From Mobula birostris (lineage: Eukaryota), in NCBI RefSeq assembly GCF_030028105.1, contig NC_092391.1, forward strand, positions 12,249,223 to 12,313,222: a stretch of 64,000 nucleotides of DNA, written 5' to 3'. The notes beneath the pieces were generated by a model. That model was not told where the DNA came from, ran no database searches, and worked only from the letters and a program-made list of their open reading frames with translations. This document shows positions 24,547 through 38,586 of the stretch, piece by piece. The position numbers were made by a program, and so were the translations under genes. Position 1 is the first letter of the stretch; each line of letters opens with the position of its first letter.

Positions 24547-24910
24547 CATAAGAAATAGGAGCAGGAGTCGGCCATCTGGCCCGTCGAGCCTGCCCCGCCA
24601 TTTAATAAGATCATGGCTGATCTGGCCATGGACTCATCTCCAGCTGCCTGCCTTTTCCCTATAACCCTTAATTCCCCTACTATTGAAAAATCCATCCAAC
24701 CTTGCCTTAAATATATTTACTGAGGTAGCCTCCACTGCTTCATTGGGCAGAGAATTCCCCAGATTCACCACTCTCTGGGAAAAGCAGTTCCTCCTCATCT
24801 CCATCCTAAATCCACTCCCCCGAATCTTGAGGCTATGTCCCCTAGTTCTAGTCTCACCTACCAGTGGAAGCAGCCTTCCTGCCTCTATCTTATCTATCCC
24901 TTTCATATAT
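24547..24910 (-). mobile_element. CR1 LINE 3' end
   Basis: ORF 24634..24933 (TRGHSLKIRG..FSQRVVNL); cataagaaatag tail. Confidence 0.88.
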
Positions 24911-26967
24911 TGCCACACATTTTGTTTTTTCACTAACTAGAAGCAAACAGGCAAGTAGGTTAGCCAACTAATAAATTGCTACTGGAGAGCTTGAAGAGTT
25001 TATAGATGGAAACTGGGGACAAAATTTCTGCTTTCATTGCTTGCCAACATTTTTGCTAGTCCTTTACAGCACATTAAATATATACGAGTATGTTTGTGAC
25101 CATAAACCAAATTAAATACAATCACTGTTTCCTGAACGTGATGAAAGACAGACCCTGAACTCATACTCTGGAGCAGCATATCCACATCTTGTTAACAAAT
25201 GTCATCTTTCTGGGACTCCATCAGTGGAAAAAACTCAAGTCCAAATATTGGAGGTCAGACAAAAGGAATTGCAGATGCTAGAATCCACATCAATGCCTCT
25301 ACTTCCTTAGGAGGCTAAGGAACTTGGCATGTCCCTGTCGACTCTTACCAACTTCTATCAATGCACTATAGAAAGCATTCTGTCTGGCTGAATATCAGCT
25401 TGGCTTGGCAACTGCTCTGCACGTGACTGCAAGAATCTGCAGAGAGTTGTGGACACAGCTCAGTACATCATGGAAGCCAGCTTCCTGCCCATGGATTCAG
25501 TCTGTTCTTCTTGCTGCCTCAGTGAAAAAGCTGGCAAAATCAAGGACCACACCCAACCCAGATGTTTTCTCTTCTCCCCTCTCTCATCGGGCAGAAGATT
25601 CAAAAGCCTGATAGCATGTACCACCAGCTTCTGTCCCAGTGTTGTAAGACTACTGAATGGTTCCTTAGTTCGAGATCGACCTTATTATGTTCTTGCACCT
25701 TATTGTCTACCTGTACTGCATTTTCTCTGTAGTTGTTGCACTTCGTTCTGCATTCTGTTATTGTTTACCTTGTTCTCCCTCAATGCACTGTGTAATAATT
25801 TGATCTGTATGGACAGTACGCAAGACAAGTCTTTCACTGTATCTCGGTACACGTGACAATACTATACCACATCTGACGGAGGAACTCATCTGTTGGAGGA
25901 AAGGAATTGTTATAGGGACTGAGAGAGGAGAGATGAATAAATTTCCCCTAGTTTGTAGGTGTGTGGTACAATCTGAAGGATTAAGGAGATTGTAGTTAGA
26001 GGAATAATATGGGATTAATGTGGGATTAGTGGAACTGAATACTTGATTTGGTGCAGACCTCGTGAGCCAAAGGACCTGTTTCCATACCTCTCCGTAACTC
26101 TGTGGCCATTCTGGCTGAAAGGATCCCAAGCCTTAGTTCCAATCCTTCTTGCCCTGAGTCCCATGCTAGCCACAAAACTGCACTATCCTCTGCATAGTGG
26201 ATAAGCCAACCTTGCACCCAACATTAGTAAGACCAAGGAATTGATGGTGGTCTTCAGGAGAGAAGCTGGGAGAACACACACCAGTTCTCATCGAGGGTCA
26301 GCAGTGGAAAGGGTGAGCAACAGCAATATCTCTGAAGATCTATCCTGGGCTCAGCAGTGGAAAGGGTGAGCAACAGCAATATCTCTGAAGATCTATCCTG
26401 GGCTCAGCATATTGATGCAATTACAGAGAGGCCACGCCAGGGCAATACTTCATTAGGAGTTTGAAGACACTTGGTGAGTCACCAAAGTCTCTAGCAAATT
26501 TCTACAGATGTACCGTGGAGAGCATTCTGACTGGTTGCATCGCTCTCTGGTGAAAAGGTGTCAATGCACGGTATTGGAAGAACCTGCTGAGGGTTGTAGA
26601 CTCAGACAGCTCCATTTGGGAACAACCCTCTGCACCATCAAGGATATCTACAAAAGGTGAAGCCGGCATCCATCGCTAAGGACCTTCATCATTCATGACA
26701 TGGCCTCTTCTCATTCTCCTCTCTCATTAATATCATCAGTGAGGAGGTCCTTCCCCTCCACAATCAATGTTCTGAACGCTCCATGAACCTACAAACACTT
26801 CCTCACTATCTTGCTCTGTTTTTCCACTACTTATTGTTTAAATATATATTTGTTATTGTAATTTATAGTATTCTTTATGTATTGTACTATACTGCTGTCA
26901 CAAAACAACAAAGTTTTCAACATATATGAGGGACAGTAAACCTGATTCTGATAGGAAAGCCTTAAAG

Positions 26968-27736
26968 CAGAGGTTCTTAACTGGGGGTCCATGGATAGAT
27001 TCCAGGGGGTCAGTGAACTTGGATGGGAAAAAATTTACATCTTTATTTTCACTAACCTCTAACTGAACTTTAGCCTTTCCTTCAATGATGAATGTAGGCA
27101 ACAAATCACAGTAGCATTCGCAGTACCTGTAACTTTGTCACCAATAGAAATCACAGAGATTTTCATATCACATTACAGTTGTTACAGATATCTCAAAATG
27201 TCATTTACGGCACACTCACCACTACTTTGAAACTACGGTAGTTATTAGACCTGCTGCTAGATCGAACGCGATCACAGTCTTCCTGTCTGCAGACGCTCGT
27301 AGCTGGCCAACTATCGGGCAGCCCCGTGATTGGATGTCCAACATGACAAGCGTACTGCTTTATCAGAGGCCATCCCACAGTTTTTATTTAAGCTAAGCAA
27401 CAACAGCCTTCACACTGATAAGTCTTTCAACAATAAAATTTAATTTTAACTTGCCTGTATTTTAAATATATAGTCTTATTATTTCATGTGTTAATAAAGA
27501 AGCACATACATTACTATATCACAAATTTAATATTTTGATAACTGCATTTGAATATAATCAGTTTCCTTTGTAATCCTATATAGTTTATTTTTTATATTTA
27601 AATACATTATTTATATATATTATTTAAATATGTTCTCAGAAGGGGTCCATAGGCTTCACCGGACTGACAAAGGGGCACAGAAGCTTCACTGGACTGACAA
27701 AGAAGTCCACGGCATAAGGAAGGTTAAGAACCTCTG
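26968..27736 (+). mobile_element. hAT Buster/Charlie deletion derivative (769 bp)
   Basis: TIR CAGAGGTTCTTAAC / GTTAAGAACCTCTG; internal 27330-27418 encodes LDVQHDKRTALSEAIPQF../KQQQPSH* (Buster transposase C-terminus); imperfect 8-bp TSD ccttaaag / gtttagag. Confidence 0.88.
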
Positions 27737-28599
27737 GTTTAGAGGAATATGGGCCAAAGCTTAGAGGGCTATGGTTTAGGTGTAAGTGAATGGGAGCTGG
27801 CAGATTAATAACTCAGCATAGACAAGATGGGCCGAATGGCCTGTTTCTGTGTTGTAGTGCTCCATGACTGTAAATGTCTCAAGCAGGACTGGTACAGGAA
27901 GATCCCCTGGTCAGCATGCCTGAGTGGGGCCGAAGGTCCAATTTCTAGTCTGTATTAACTGTAAGCTTAGAAGTCTGCTCACTCAACACAATATTCATGT
28001 AAAATTAACCATCACAAATTCTCAATAATTTCTTTGCTTCCATGTACTCGTTAGAGTGCCAATTCTGAATGTCAGAATCATTCTTAAATTAATGCAGCTT
28101 ACATTTCAGGAGCAGTGCCAGGCCAAACACTGTCTACAACTTGAATAAGAGTGCTTCCATCGTCAGATGGAACACAAGACAGCAGATTATTTCATAAAAG
28201 CATGAGAAACTCAGCAGCTCTCATCTAATACAACACCATTAAAAAAACACTGCCCCACCTTTTAAGTAAAAGCCATCATCTCTTGATTCGGCTTCCCTGC
28301 AGTGAGTAATACCTATCAGTAAAAGGTCCCCAAGAAGAACAAAATGCTTCTTCATTTACTAAATAGTTCTAATCATGTCTTCCATTCAAGAAACTTTAAG
28401 CTCAATACTGTAGGCATCTAAAATGGCAATCAGGTTTCTAGCATGTGATCACTGTTCTCTGGATTTCAAAGCTGCAGTCAACCTTGGAGCAATTTGGATC
28501 TGCTCCAGTTTGCCCACTGTCACAACAGGTCAACAGCAGATGCCATTTTATTGGCTCTTCACTCAGCCTTGGAACCTCTAGGCAGTGATCAGGAGCAAG

Positions 28600-30430
28600 G
28601 CCTACCAGCCAGCTGAGTGACATTGCAGCAACAACCAAGCACTCAGCGTTGGGAAAACCAAAGAGCTGATTGTGGAGTTCAGAAAGGGTAGAACGAGGGA
28701 ACACACACCAATCCTCCTCCCTGTACAGGGAGTTACAGGGAGGAGAAGAAGATGGCGGCGCGACAAAGCGCGCGTGGCCTCTCCGGTGATGAATATCTGC
28801 AATCTGTCAAGTAGGGTGCCGTGCACAATTCTGATTTGATGGAGGCAGACGTGAGAGCACGGAGGAACATCTGGTGAAACTTCTTTAATACATGCATTTC
28901 TAAATGACAATAAACGAGGTCTGAGTGTCCCCATAATCTAATCTAATCTAATCCTCATGGAGGGATCAGAAGTGGAGACAGTAGCAATTTCAAATTCCTG
29001 GGTGTCAACATCTCTGAAGACCTAACCTGGATGTAACATATTGATGCAGCTATAAAGAAGGCAAGACAGTGGCTGTTTTTCATTAGGAGTTTGAGATTTG
29101 GTTTGTCACCTAAAATACTCAAAATTTTTTACAGATGTCATGTGGAGAGCATTCTGACTGGCTGCATCACCATCTGGTATGGGCAGGGGGTGGGGGAAGG
29201 GAGCTACTGCACAGGATTGAAGGAAGTTGCTGGACGTTGTAAACTTAGTCAGCTTCATCATGGGTACTAGCCTCCGTAGTATCCAAGACATCTTCAAGAA
29301 ATGGTGCCTAAAGAAGTGAGATCTATCATTACGGACCCCTACCAACTCAAGACATACCTTCCATTCATTGTTCCCATTAGGAAGGAGGTACAGAAACTTG
29401 AAGGCACACACTCAACGATTGAAGAACAGCTTCTTCCCCTCTGCCATTGGATTTCTAAATGGTCATTGAACTCATGAACACTAACCTGCCGAAGAGTCTT
29501 GGCCCAAAATGTCGACTGTGCACTTTTCCATAGATGCTGCCTGGCCTGCAGAGTTCCTCCAGCATTTTGTGTGTGTTACTTGGATTTCCAGCATCTGCAG
29601 ATTTTCTCTTTGTGATTGGAACACTACCTCGCTACCTTTATTTTATTTATTTCTGTTTTTGCACCACGTATTTTAACTTAACTACTTAATGTTCATATAT
29701 TTACTGCAATTCCGTTTTTGTCTATACTTATGTACTGCACTGTACTGCAGCTGCAAAGATAACAAATTTCACAACATATGGCATTGATATTAAACCTGAT
29801 TCTGATCAGGATGCTCTACATTTAACACTATCATCCCATCAAAACTAATCAATAAGCTCCAAGACCTTGGCCTTGAAACCTCCTTGTACAATTGGATCCT
29901 CACTTGCAGACCCCAGTCAGTTTGGATCAGCAGCAATTTCCATCAGCACACCAAGGCTGCGTGCCTAGTCCCCTGCTCTACTCACTTTACACTTATGACT
30001 GTGAAGCCCAAGTACAGCTCTGATTCCATACTTAAGTTTGCTGAGGACACCACTGTTATTGACCAAATCAAAGGCGGTGACGGATCAGCTTATAAGAGGG
30101 AGATTGAAAATCTGACTGATTGGTGCCACAACAACAACCTCCCACTCAATGTCCGCAAGACCAAAGAGCTGATTATTAAATACAAGAGGAGGAAATCAGA
30201 TATCTATGGGCCAGTCCTCATTAGGGGATCAGAGGTGGAGAGGGTTAGCAACTTTAAATTGCTTGGCATTATCATTTCAGAGAATCTGTCCTGGGTCCAG
30301 CATTACAAAGAAGGCATGGCGTTGCCTCTATTTTCTTAAAGGTTTGCAAGTATACAGCATGACATCTAAAACTTTGACAACCTTCTCTAGATGCATGGTG
30401 AAGAGTTTACTGACCGGATGCATCATGTCC
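28600..30430 (+). mobile_element. Cluster of decayed Rex1/Babar LINE fragments
   Basis: ORF 29884..30339 [31 protein letters not shown]; similar sequence at 28600-29480. Confidence 0.82.
28718..28949 (+). mobile_element. Short internally deleted (5'UTR + 3' tail) retroposon with TSD
   Basis: aatcctc on both flanks; GC-rich head with aagatggcggcg; aataaa and (taatc)n tail. Confidence 0.7.
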
Positions 30431-32790
30431 TGCAGCAAAACTTTGCTCAAAGAAGTAGGTGTTATAGTTTCTCAAGGGGGAGAGAGATAAAGGTGAGGCA
30501 GTTTAGTCCCTTCCACTGCTCTGAAGGGCGAGGGAGCTATTGATGCCCCTTTCAACCAGGTTGTTAAGGAGGATAGTGGCTATTATTCCGCAGTTGCTGG
30601 TGTCCAGAGGAGATAACACAACCTCCACAATTCCAAGGACGCTGACTCCATAACTAGCAATTACTTACACCTTTTATTTTTGAAACAGGATTGTTGCCTT
30701 ACACACAAAATAGTGGAAGAACTCAGCAGGTCAGGCAGCATCTATGAGAGGTATTAACTGCTGATGTCTCAGGCTCAGACCCTTCACCAAGACCTTTTCA
30801 TTCCTCACATAGATGCTGCCTGACCTGTTGAGTTCCTCCAGCATTTTTTTTGTGTTGCTCTGGATTTCCAGCATCTGTAGAATCCCTTGTTTTTGTGATT
30901 TCACCTATAGTGCATCTTTAATTCCTCGATGACTTCATCCCTCTCTATCATTATAACCTCCTCTTGATATCTAGTCTAGAGCATCCATATCAAGGTCTGG
31001 GCCAGGGCAGTCTCACTAAGAACTCATGAATGGTGGAGATGGTATGGAGTGATTCCTGAATAAGAGTCTCAGCCCAAAACTTCCACTATTCATTTCCATA
31101 GACGCTGCCTGACCTGCTGAGTTCCCCCAGCATTTTGTGTGCGTTGCTTTGGATAGGGAGGGCATCAGAGAAACACTTAAAGCACTCATGAGATGCTCGC
31201 TCACTAATCCCATGGATACCAGAGAGGTTCCCGCTCAAGGGATACCAACATTACTCCTGGATTCTATCCCGTGCTTTCTCAGCTGCTGTTAAATTACAAT
31301 TCGTTGGACCCTTGACCCGACAAACTATCTTGCTGTGATGTTGCTCCTTATTGCACTTTCCACGTAGCTGTTACACTTTATTCTGCATTGTCAATGCTTT
31401 GCCTCAAAGCACTGTATAATGAATTGTATTGAATGCAAGTAAAGCTTTTCACTGTAGGATGAAAGATTGTAAGATTAGCTTTATTGTCACATACACATTG
31501 AAACATACAGTGAAGTGCATCATTTGCGACAATGACCAACACAGTGCAAATATGTGCTGGGGGCAACCTGCAAGCTATGCCATGATTCTGGCGCCAACAT
31601 AGTATTCCCACAACTTAACCCTAACCAATATACCTTTGGGACATGGGAGGAAACTGGAGCAGCTGGGGAAACCCGTGCAGGTACAAGGAGAACGTATAAA
31701 CTGCAGAAGAAAATGGCAGAAACTGAACCCCAGTCACTGTGATAGCATTATGCTAACCACCATGCAATCATGCCTCCCTAATCTCGTGTCCATTATTGAC
31801 AATAATAAACTAACTTATTATTGTCAATTCTCGAGACCAGTTCCATTTCCAATTCCCCTTCCAAACTTCCTGGGTAATGTTTTCTGGGGTCTGAGTGCCT
31901 ATCGTACTCGAATGGAGCCAAGAATGGAAAAGCCTATGAAATTAGGTAGATATAGCTCAGTTCATTACAGGAAAAGCCCCCTCCACCATCGAGCGTATCT
32001 AAAAAGAGCACTAGCACAAGAAAGCGGCATCTATCATCAAGAACCCCAGCATCCAGGCCATGCTCTCTTCTCACTGCTACCATCAGGAAGGAGGTACGGG
32101 AGCCTTAAGGGTCCAACACCACCAGGCTCAGGAACAGTTATTACCCCTCAACCACCAGGCTCAGGAACCAGTGTGGATAACTTCACTCACTTCAACACTG
32201 AACTGACCACTGAACACAACCTGTGGACCTCACTTTCAGGGATTCTACAACTCATGTCCTCAGTGTTATTTATTTATTTATTATTAATTTTTTAAATGTA
32301 TTTGCATAGATTGCCTTCTTTCACACATTGACTGCTTCTTACTCTTGGTGTGCAGTTTCTCAATGATTCTATTATCATTCTTCATTTTCCTGTAAATTCC
32401 TGCAAGAAAATAAATCTCAAGATAGTATATAGTGACCTACAGTACACGGCATGTCCTTTGATAATAAATTTACTTTGAAACTTTGAAAAACATGGCTTTT
32501 TGTGATTGGTTCAGGTAGCACTTGACTGATAGCTTGTTTAATAATTTGCATCGTGCTTTTGCATTTGAAAAATTCTTTCCTAGATTGTGGTAAGTCAAGA
32601 AAAAAAAAACTAGTTAGTGCTGAGGTACTCAACATGAAGAGAGAAACTGCAAAATCATCTGAGAAGCTGGGGAGGTTGAGAGAGCAAGGGGAGGAGACCA
32701 TGAGAAGACATGACTGATGTCAACCAGCAGGGGGAGCTGAAGGCTCAAATATCAGAAGAGATGTGGAGATTGGGTGGCGGGGTGGAGATA

Positions 32791-34389
32791 TAGTGCCTAT
32801 AAAATATATTCACACCCCCATGGAAGTTTTAATGTTTTATTGTTTTACAACATTGAATCACAGTGGATTTAATTTGGCTTTTTTGACACTGATCAACAGA
32901 AAAAGACTTTCGTGTCAAAGTGAGAAAAGAGCTCCACAAAGTGATCAAAATTAATTACAAATATAAAACACAAAATAATTGACTGCATAATTATTCACCC
33001 CCTGTTTAATATGATAACACCAAATCATCACTGGTGCAGCCAATTGGTTTTAGAAGTCATGTAACTAGCTAGGGTGTCCAAACTATGTGCAGTCAAGTGT
33101 TTCAAATGATTGTAGTAAAAATACACCTGTATCTGGAAGATCCAACTGCTGGTGAGTCAGTATCCTGGTAAAAACTACACCACGAAGACAAAAGAACACT
33201 CCAAGCAGCTCTGCGCAAAGATTATTGAAAAGCACAGGTCAGCAGATGGATATGAGAAAATTTCCAGGTCACAGAATATCTCTTTGAGTGTGGTTAAGTC
33301 AATCATCAGGAAATGGAAAGAGTATGGCACAGCTGTATATCTGGCTAAAGCAGGCTGTCCTCAAAAACTGAGTGACTGTGCAAGTAGGGGACTAGGCCAC
33401 CAAGAGACCTATGACAACTCTGGAGGAGTTACAAGCTTCAGTGGCTGAGATGGGAGAGACTGCGCATCCAACGACTGTGGCCCAGGTGCTTCACCAGTTA
33501 CAGCTTTATGGGAGAGTGGCAAAGAGAAAGCCACTGTTGAAAAAAACTGACATGAATCTCAGCTAGCGTTTGCCAGACTCTGAGGTTAACTGAAAGAAGG
33601 TTCTATGATCTGATGAAACCAAAACTGAGCTTTTTTGACCACCAGACTAAATGCTACGTTTGGCATAAACCAAACACCGCACATCATCAAAAACACACCA
33701 TGTGAAGCATGGTGGTGGCTGCATCGTGCTGTGGGGATGCTTCACTGCAGCAGGCCCTGGAAGGCTTGTGAAGGTAGAGGGTAAAATGAATGAAGCAAAA
33801 TGCAGGGAAATCCTGGAGGAAAACCTGATACAGTCTGCAAGAGAACTGTGACTTGGGAAAGATTTGTTTTCCAACAAGACAATGACCCCAAGCATAAATC
33901 CAGTTACACAGGAGTGGCTTAAAAAAAACAAAATTAGTGTCCGGGAGTGGTCAAGTCAGAGTCCAGACCTCAATCCAATTGAGAATGTGTGGCTGGACTT
34001 GAAAAGAGTTGCTCACTCAGGATCCCCATGCAATCTGACAGAGCTTGAGCAGTTTTGTAAAGAAGAATGGAGAAAAATTGCAGTGTCCAGATGTGCAAAG
34101 CTGATAGAGACCTATCCACACAGACTCAAGGCTTCAATTGCTGCCAAAGATGCATCTACTACATACTAATTTGAAGGGGGTGAATGTTTATGCAATCAAT
34201 TATTTTGTGTTTTACATTTGTAATTAATTTAGATCGTTTTGTAGAGCCCTGTCTTCACTTTGACACAAAACGGTCTTTTTCTGGTGATCAGTGTCAAAAA
34301 ATGCCAAATCAAATCCACTGTGTTTCAATGTTGTAAAACAATAAAACATGAAAACTTCCAAGGGGGATGAATACATTTTACAGGGACTG
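32791..34389 (+). mobile_element. Full-length decayed Tc1 transposon (DD34E type) with long TIRs
   Basis: ~200-bp inverted ends, TA duplication; transposase remnants (T)KTKEHSKQL.., SDETK, QDNDPKH, SPDLNPIENVW, ending 34169; start codon reads ACG; stops and frameshifts. Confidence 0.95.
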
Positions 34390-36959
34390 TATGTCTCTAC
34401 CAAAGGAGGTGTTTGGCACTCCCTCCCTCCACTAGTCTGCAGGTCACCTTTAGACAAGGTATAACACCTGCTTAGCCCCACCCCAACCAGCTCCGACCAG
34501 GGTCACATGAAGTTATGGCAAACCACTTCTGCAGAAAAAATTGCCACAAACAATCATGGTTATGAGGCCATGATCACCCACGTCATACTATACCGAAAAT
34601 AATAGTGATAACGTTAATCGAGATTGCTGACAATCCTTTGAGTTTGAGAACAGAGTTGGAAACCTGAAATGAGAAGTGTTGGGAAAGCTTTGCAAGTCAG
34701 ACATCTTCCGTGGGGAGAGGAAAATGGCCAGGGATTGAAAAGCAAAGCAATGCAGATGCTGGAAATCTGAAACAAAAGCAGAAAAAGCCAGAAACATTCA
34801 GCAGGTCAGGCAGCAACTGAGGAGAAAGAGATTGAGGCAAAACCCCAGATCAGAGTGGTGAAGCTGTGCAATCCATTGCCACAGATGGCTGTGGATGCCA
34901 AGTCCCTGGGTATATTTAAAGCAGAACTTCATAGATTCTTGAGTAGTGATGACATCAAAGGTTTTGGGGAGAATGCAGGAGAATTGGGTTGAGAAGGAAA
35001 ATAAATCAGATGAGATCAAAAGGTGAAGCAGACTCGATGGGCTGAATGGCCTAATTCTGCTACTATGTCTTATGGTCAGTGAGATGCCATCATGAAAGAT
35101 TGTTAACCCAACATATTAGTCCTGTCTCCCTTCCACCGTAGATGTGAACTGACCAGCTGGGCACGCCCAATATTCTCTTTTCTTGTACCAGAACCAATCA
35201 GTTCTGACAAAAACTGGAAAGGTTGGTTATCTGAAACACAGCTGGAAGGAAGATTCCTCGAGCTTCTGTTGGGCTTTGCAGGGGAAGTGTAAGAGGCAGA
35301 GGGTGGAGAGATCCATGTGGGGAAGGGGGGAATTAAAGTGACAGGATCTTCAGCATCACCTTCCAGACCGAGGAGTGGTGTCTCAGTGACTATCATCCAG
35401 GAGGGCTTACAGCCACTGTGATGAAGTTCTTTGAGAGGTTGGTCATGAAGCACACCAACTCTTGCCCAAGGAGTGACTTGCATCCGCTACAATTTGCCCA
35501 CCTACCACTGAACACCTGGACAAGAAAACAGCATCCATCATCGAGGACAGTCACCATCCAGGACATGCTCTCTTCTCAGTGCTGCCATCAGAGCGGAAGT
35601 TCAGCAGCCCTGGGCCCCACACCACCAGGTTCAGGAACAGTTCAACCATGAAGCTCCCGAACCAGGGTGGACAACTTCACTCACCTCAACACTGAACTGA
35701 TTCCACAACCTACACACTCATTTTCAAGGACTCTACAACTCATGTTCTTAGATTGATTGATTGTTCAGAAGTTCAAAGTAAAATTTATTATCAGAGTACA
35801 CACATGTCACCACGTACAATCCTGACAGCCTTTTTCTGTGGACATGCTTAGCAAATCAAGAACAGTAACTGTAAACAGGATCAATGAACAGCAAACTGTG
35901 CAAATGGAAATATAGTTAAATAGCAATAAATAATGAGCATGAAATAACAAGATAAAGTGTCCTTAAGGTGAGACTATTGGTTATTTATGGTATTTTTGCA
36001 TTTGCACAGTTTGTCTTTTGCACATTGACTGTTTGTCAGACTTTGTGTGCAGTTTTTCATTGATTCTGTTGTGAATGCCAGCAAGAAGATGAATCTCAAG
36101 GTAGTAAATGATGGCACAAACATGCTTTGATAATATATTTGGCAACACAAACACAAAATGCTGGAGGAACTCCGCAGGTCAGGCAGCATCTATGGAAATG
36201 AGTAAACAGTCAATGTTTCGCAACAAGAACCCTTCTCCAGAACTGAAAGGTCGACTCTTCACTCATTCCCTTAAACGCTGCCTGGCCTGCTGAGTTCCTC
36301 CAGCACTTTGTGTGTGTGCTGCTTTGGATTTCCAGCACCTGCAGAATTTCTCGTGTTTATTTTGATAGTATATTTACTTTGAACTTTGAACTTCAAGTGG
36401 CCACTCAAATTATGTTATATATTCCCAGTGAAGACGCCAACATTTAAGAGGAATTTGGATAGCTATGTGGCTGGGAGGGATATGGAGGGCAATGGTGCGG
36501 GTGCAGGTTAATGGGACTAGGCAGATTAATATGGCTCAGCATGGCTAAATGGGCTCTGTGATGTACTGTTCAAAGACTTTATTACTCTAAGAGAAGGGCA
36601 TGTGGTAAAATCTAATGCTGAACGTTAAGCTGGGAAGCATCCAAGTGAATTGCTGCCTCACCTCCTGAGGCCCTCCAGCATCTTCTGCCTTTAATTCAGA
36701 TTTCCAGCAACTGCTTTTTTTAATATTTTAATTACAGCATCCGGATGATTACAGCATCCAGGAAGATTACTAGGCATGATTGACAGTGGAATTACCCAAT
36801 AACGCCCAAACCATAATTAAGCAGTGAGAGATTTACTTTGTTTGTAGCCTCCGCACAATTCTTAGGCGTGCAAAAGATAGGTAACCTGCAGATGCTGGAA
36901 ATCCAAAGCAACACACACAAGATGCTGGAGGAACTCAGTAGGTCAGGCAGCATCGATGG

Positions 36960-37770
36960 AAAATGGGCAAAAAAGAGGCAAATGAAATACAATGTTGGAA
37001 AATGCATCGTCATGGACTTTGATAGAAGAAATAAACATCCAGACTATTTTCTAAACAGGGAGAAAATTCAAAAATCTGAGATGCAAATCCTTGTTGCAGA
37101 ACACCTTAAAGGTTAACTTTCAGAATGAGTCAGTGGTGAGGAAAGTACATGCAATGTTAGCATTCACTTCAAGAAGTTTGGATACGAGCAGGGATGTGAT
37201 GCTGAGGAACTGGTGAGGCCTCACCTTGAGTACTGTGAACAGTTTTTGGCTCCTTATCTAAGAAAAGATGTGCTGGCCTTGGAGAGGGTTCAGAAGAGGT
37301 TCACAAGGATGATTCCGGGAATGAAATGTCATCATATGAGGAACTTTTGACAGGTTTGGGCCTGTACTTGTTGGAATTTGGAAGGATGAGAAGAGATAGT
37401 GACTGAAACCTTTTGAATGTTGAAAGGCCTAGACAGAGTAGATGTGGAAAGGATGCTTCCCAATGTGGGGGAGTTGAAGACAACAGGGCACAGCCTCGGG
37501 ACAGAGGGGCGTCCACTCAAGACAGGGATTTCTTTAGCCAGAGGGTGGTGGATTTGTAGAATTTGTTACCACAGGCAGATGTAGAGGCCAGGTCATTGGG
37601 TCTGCTAAGGTGGAGATTGATAGGTTCTTGATTGGCCACTGCATCAAATGTTACGGGGAGAAGGCTGGGAAGTGGGGCTGAGGAAGGGAAAAAGGATCAG
37701 CCATGATTAAATGGCGGAGCAGACTCAATGGACCAAATAGCCTAATTCTGCTCCTAGGTCTTATGTTCTT
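36960..37770 (+). mobile_element. CR1 LINE 3' fragment, decayed
   Basis: KWAKKRQMKYNVGKC..; LVRPHLEY; 3'UTR ..gcctaattctgctcct and (cttatg) tail. Confidence 0.85.
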
Positions 37771-38586
37771 ATGGAAAAGCGTAAACAGCTGACATTTCAG
37801 GCCTAGACCCTTTATCAGGACCACTTTCTTAGGTGTGTTGTTTGTTAACACAAATGGCGCATTTTACCTTATGTTTTGATGTACAAATGAATCTGAATCT
37901 AAATTCTCTTTTGGTGAATGCACACTACTAATGATAGGGAAGGCTGCTGTGGTTTCATCCTTGGCTTCCCCCACCCCACCTTTCTGCATGCTTTAGACAG
38001 ATAGAGGTGGGGTAAAACATTATTGTACAATCTACTTCCAGGCTGGTTGAACATCCACCCTACATCCAATTTGCCACCTAATGTTGGTTGTTACCACAGA
38101 ATGTCAAGAAAAGCAAATCTGCTCAAGTTGCAGGAGGATCTGAAGACAGGTAGATAAACTGGCTTCCCCCCTAGTGAGGGAGATGTGATGGGATGAAGAG
38201 AGGATTGATATAAATGGGTGCTTCAATCAGGATCATGTTTGCCAGCGCTGACATATGTCATGAAACTTGTTGCCTTCCAGTAGCAGTAGAGTGCAATACA
38301 TAAAAAATATTATAAATTACAATAATATAAAGGAATTTAAAACGTGGCGCGAAAGGAGAGCAAAAATAGTGAGGTAGTGTTCATGGGTTCAGTGTCCTGT
38401 CAGAAATCTGATTGTGGAGGGGAAGTGGCTGTTCCTAACGCGTTGAATGTGTGTTTCTGGGCTCTTGTACCTTCCCTCTGATGGTGGCAAGGGGAAGAGG
38501 GCATGTCCTGGGTGGTGTAGGTCCTCATGGATGGATGTCGTCTTTCTGAGGCATCGCCTTTTGAAGATGTCTTCAATGGTGGGGAG

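Noticed and set aside
31636-32295. 219-aa ORF
   Set aside because: Chance read-through of SINE and Rex fragments (HPGHALFSLLPSGRRY is the Rex C-terminus)
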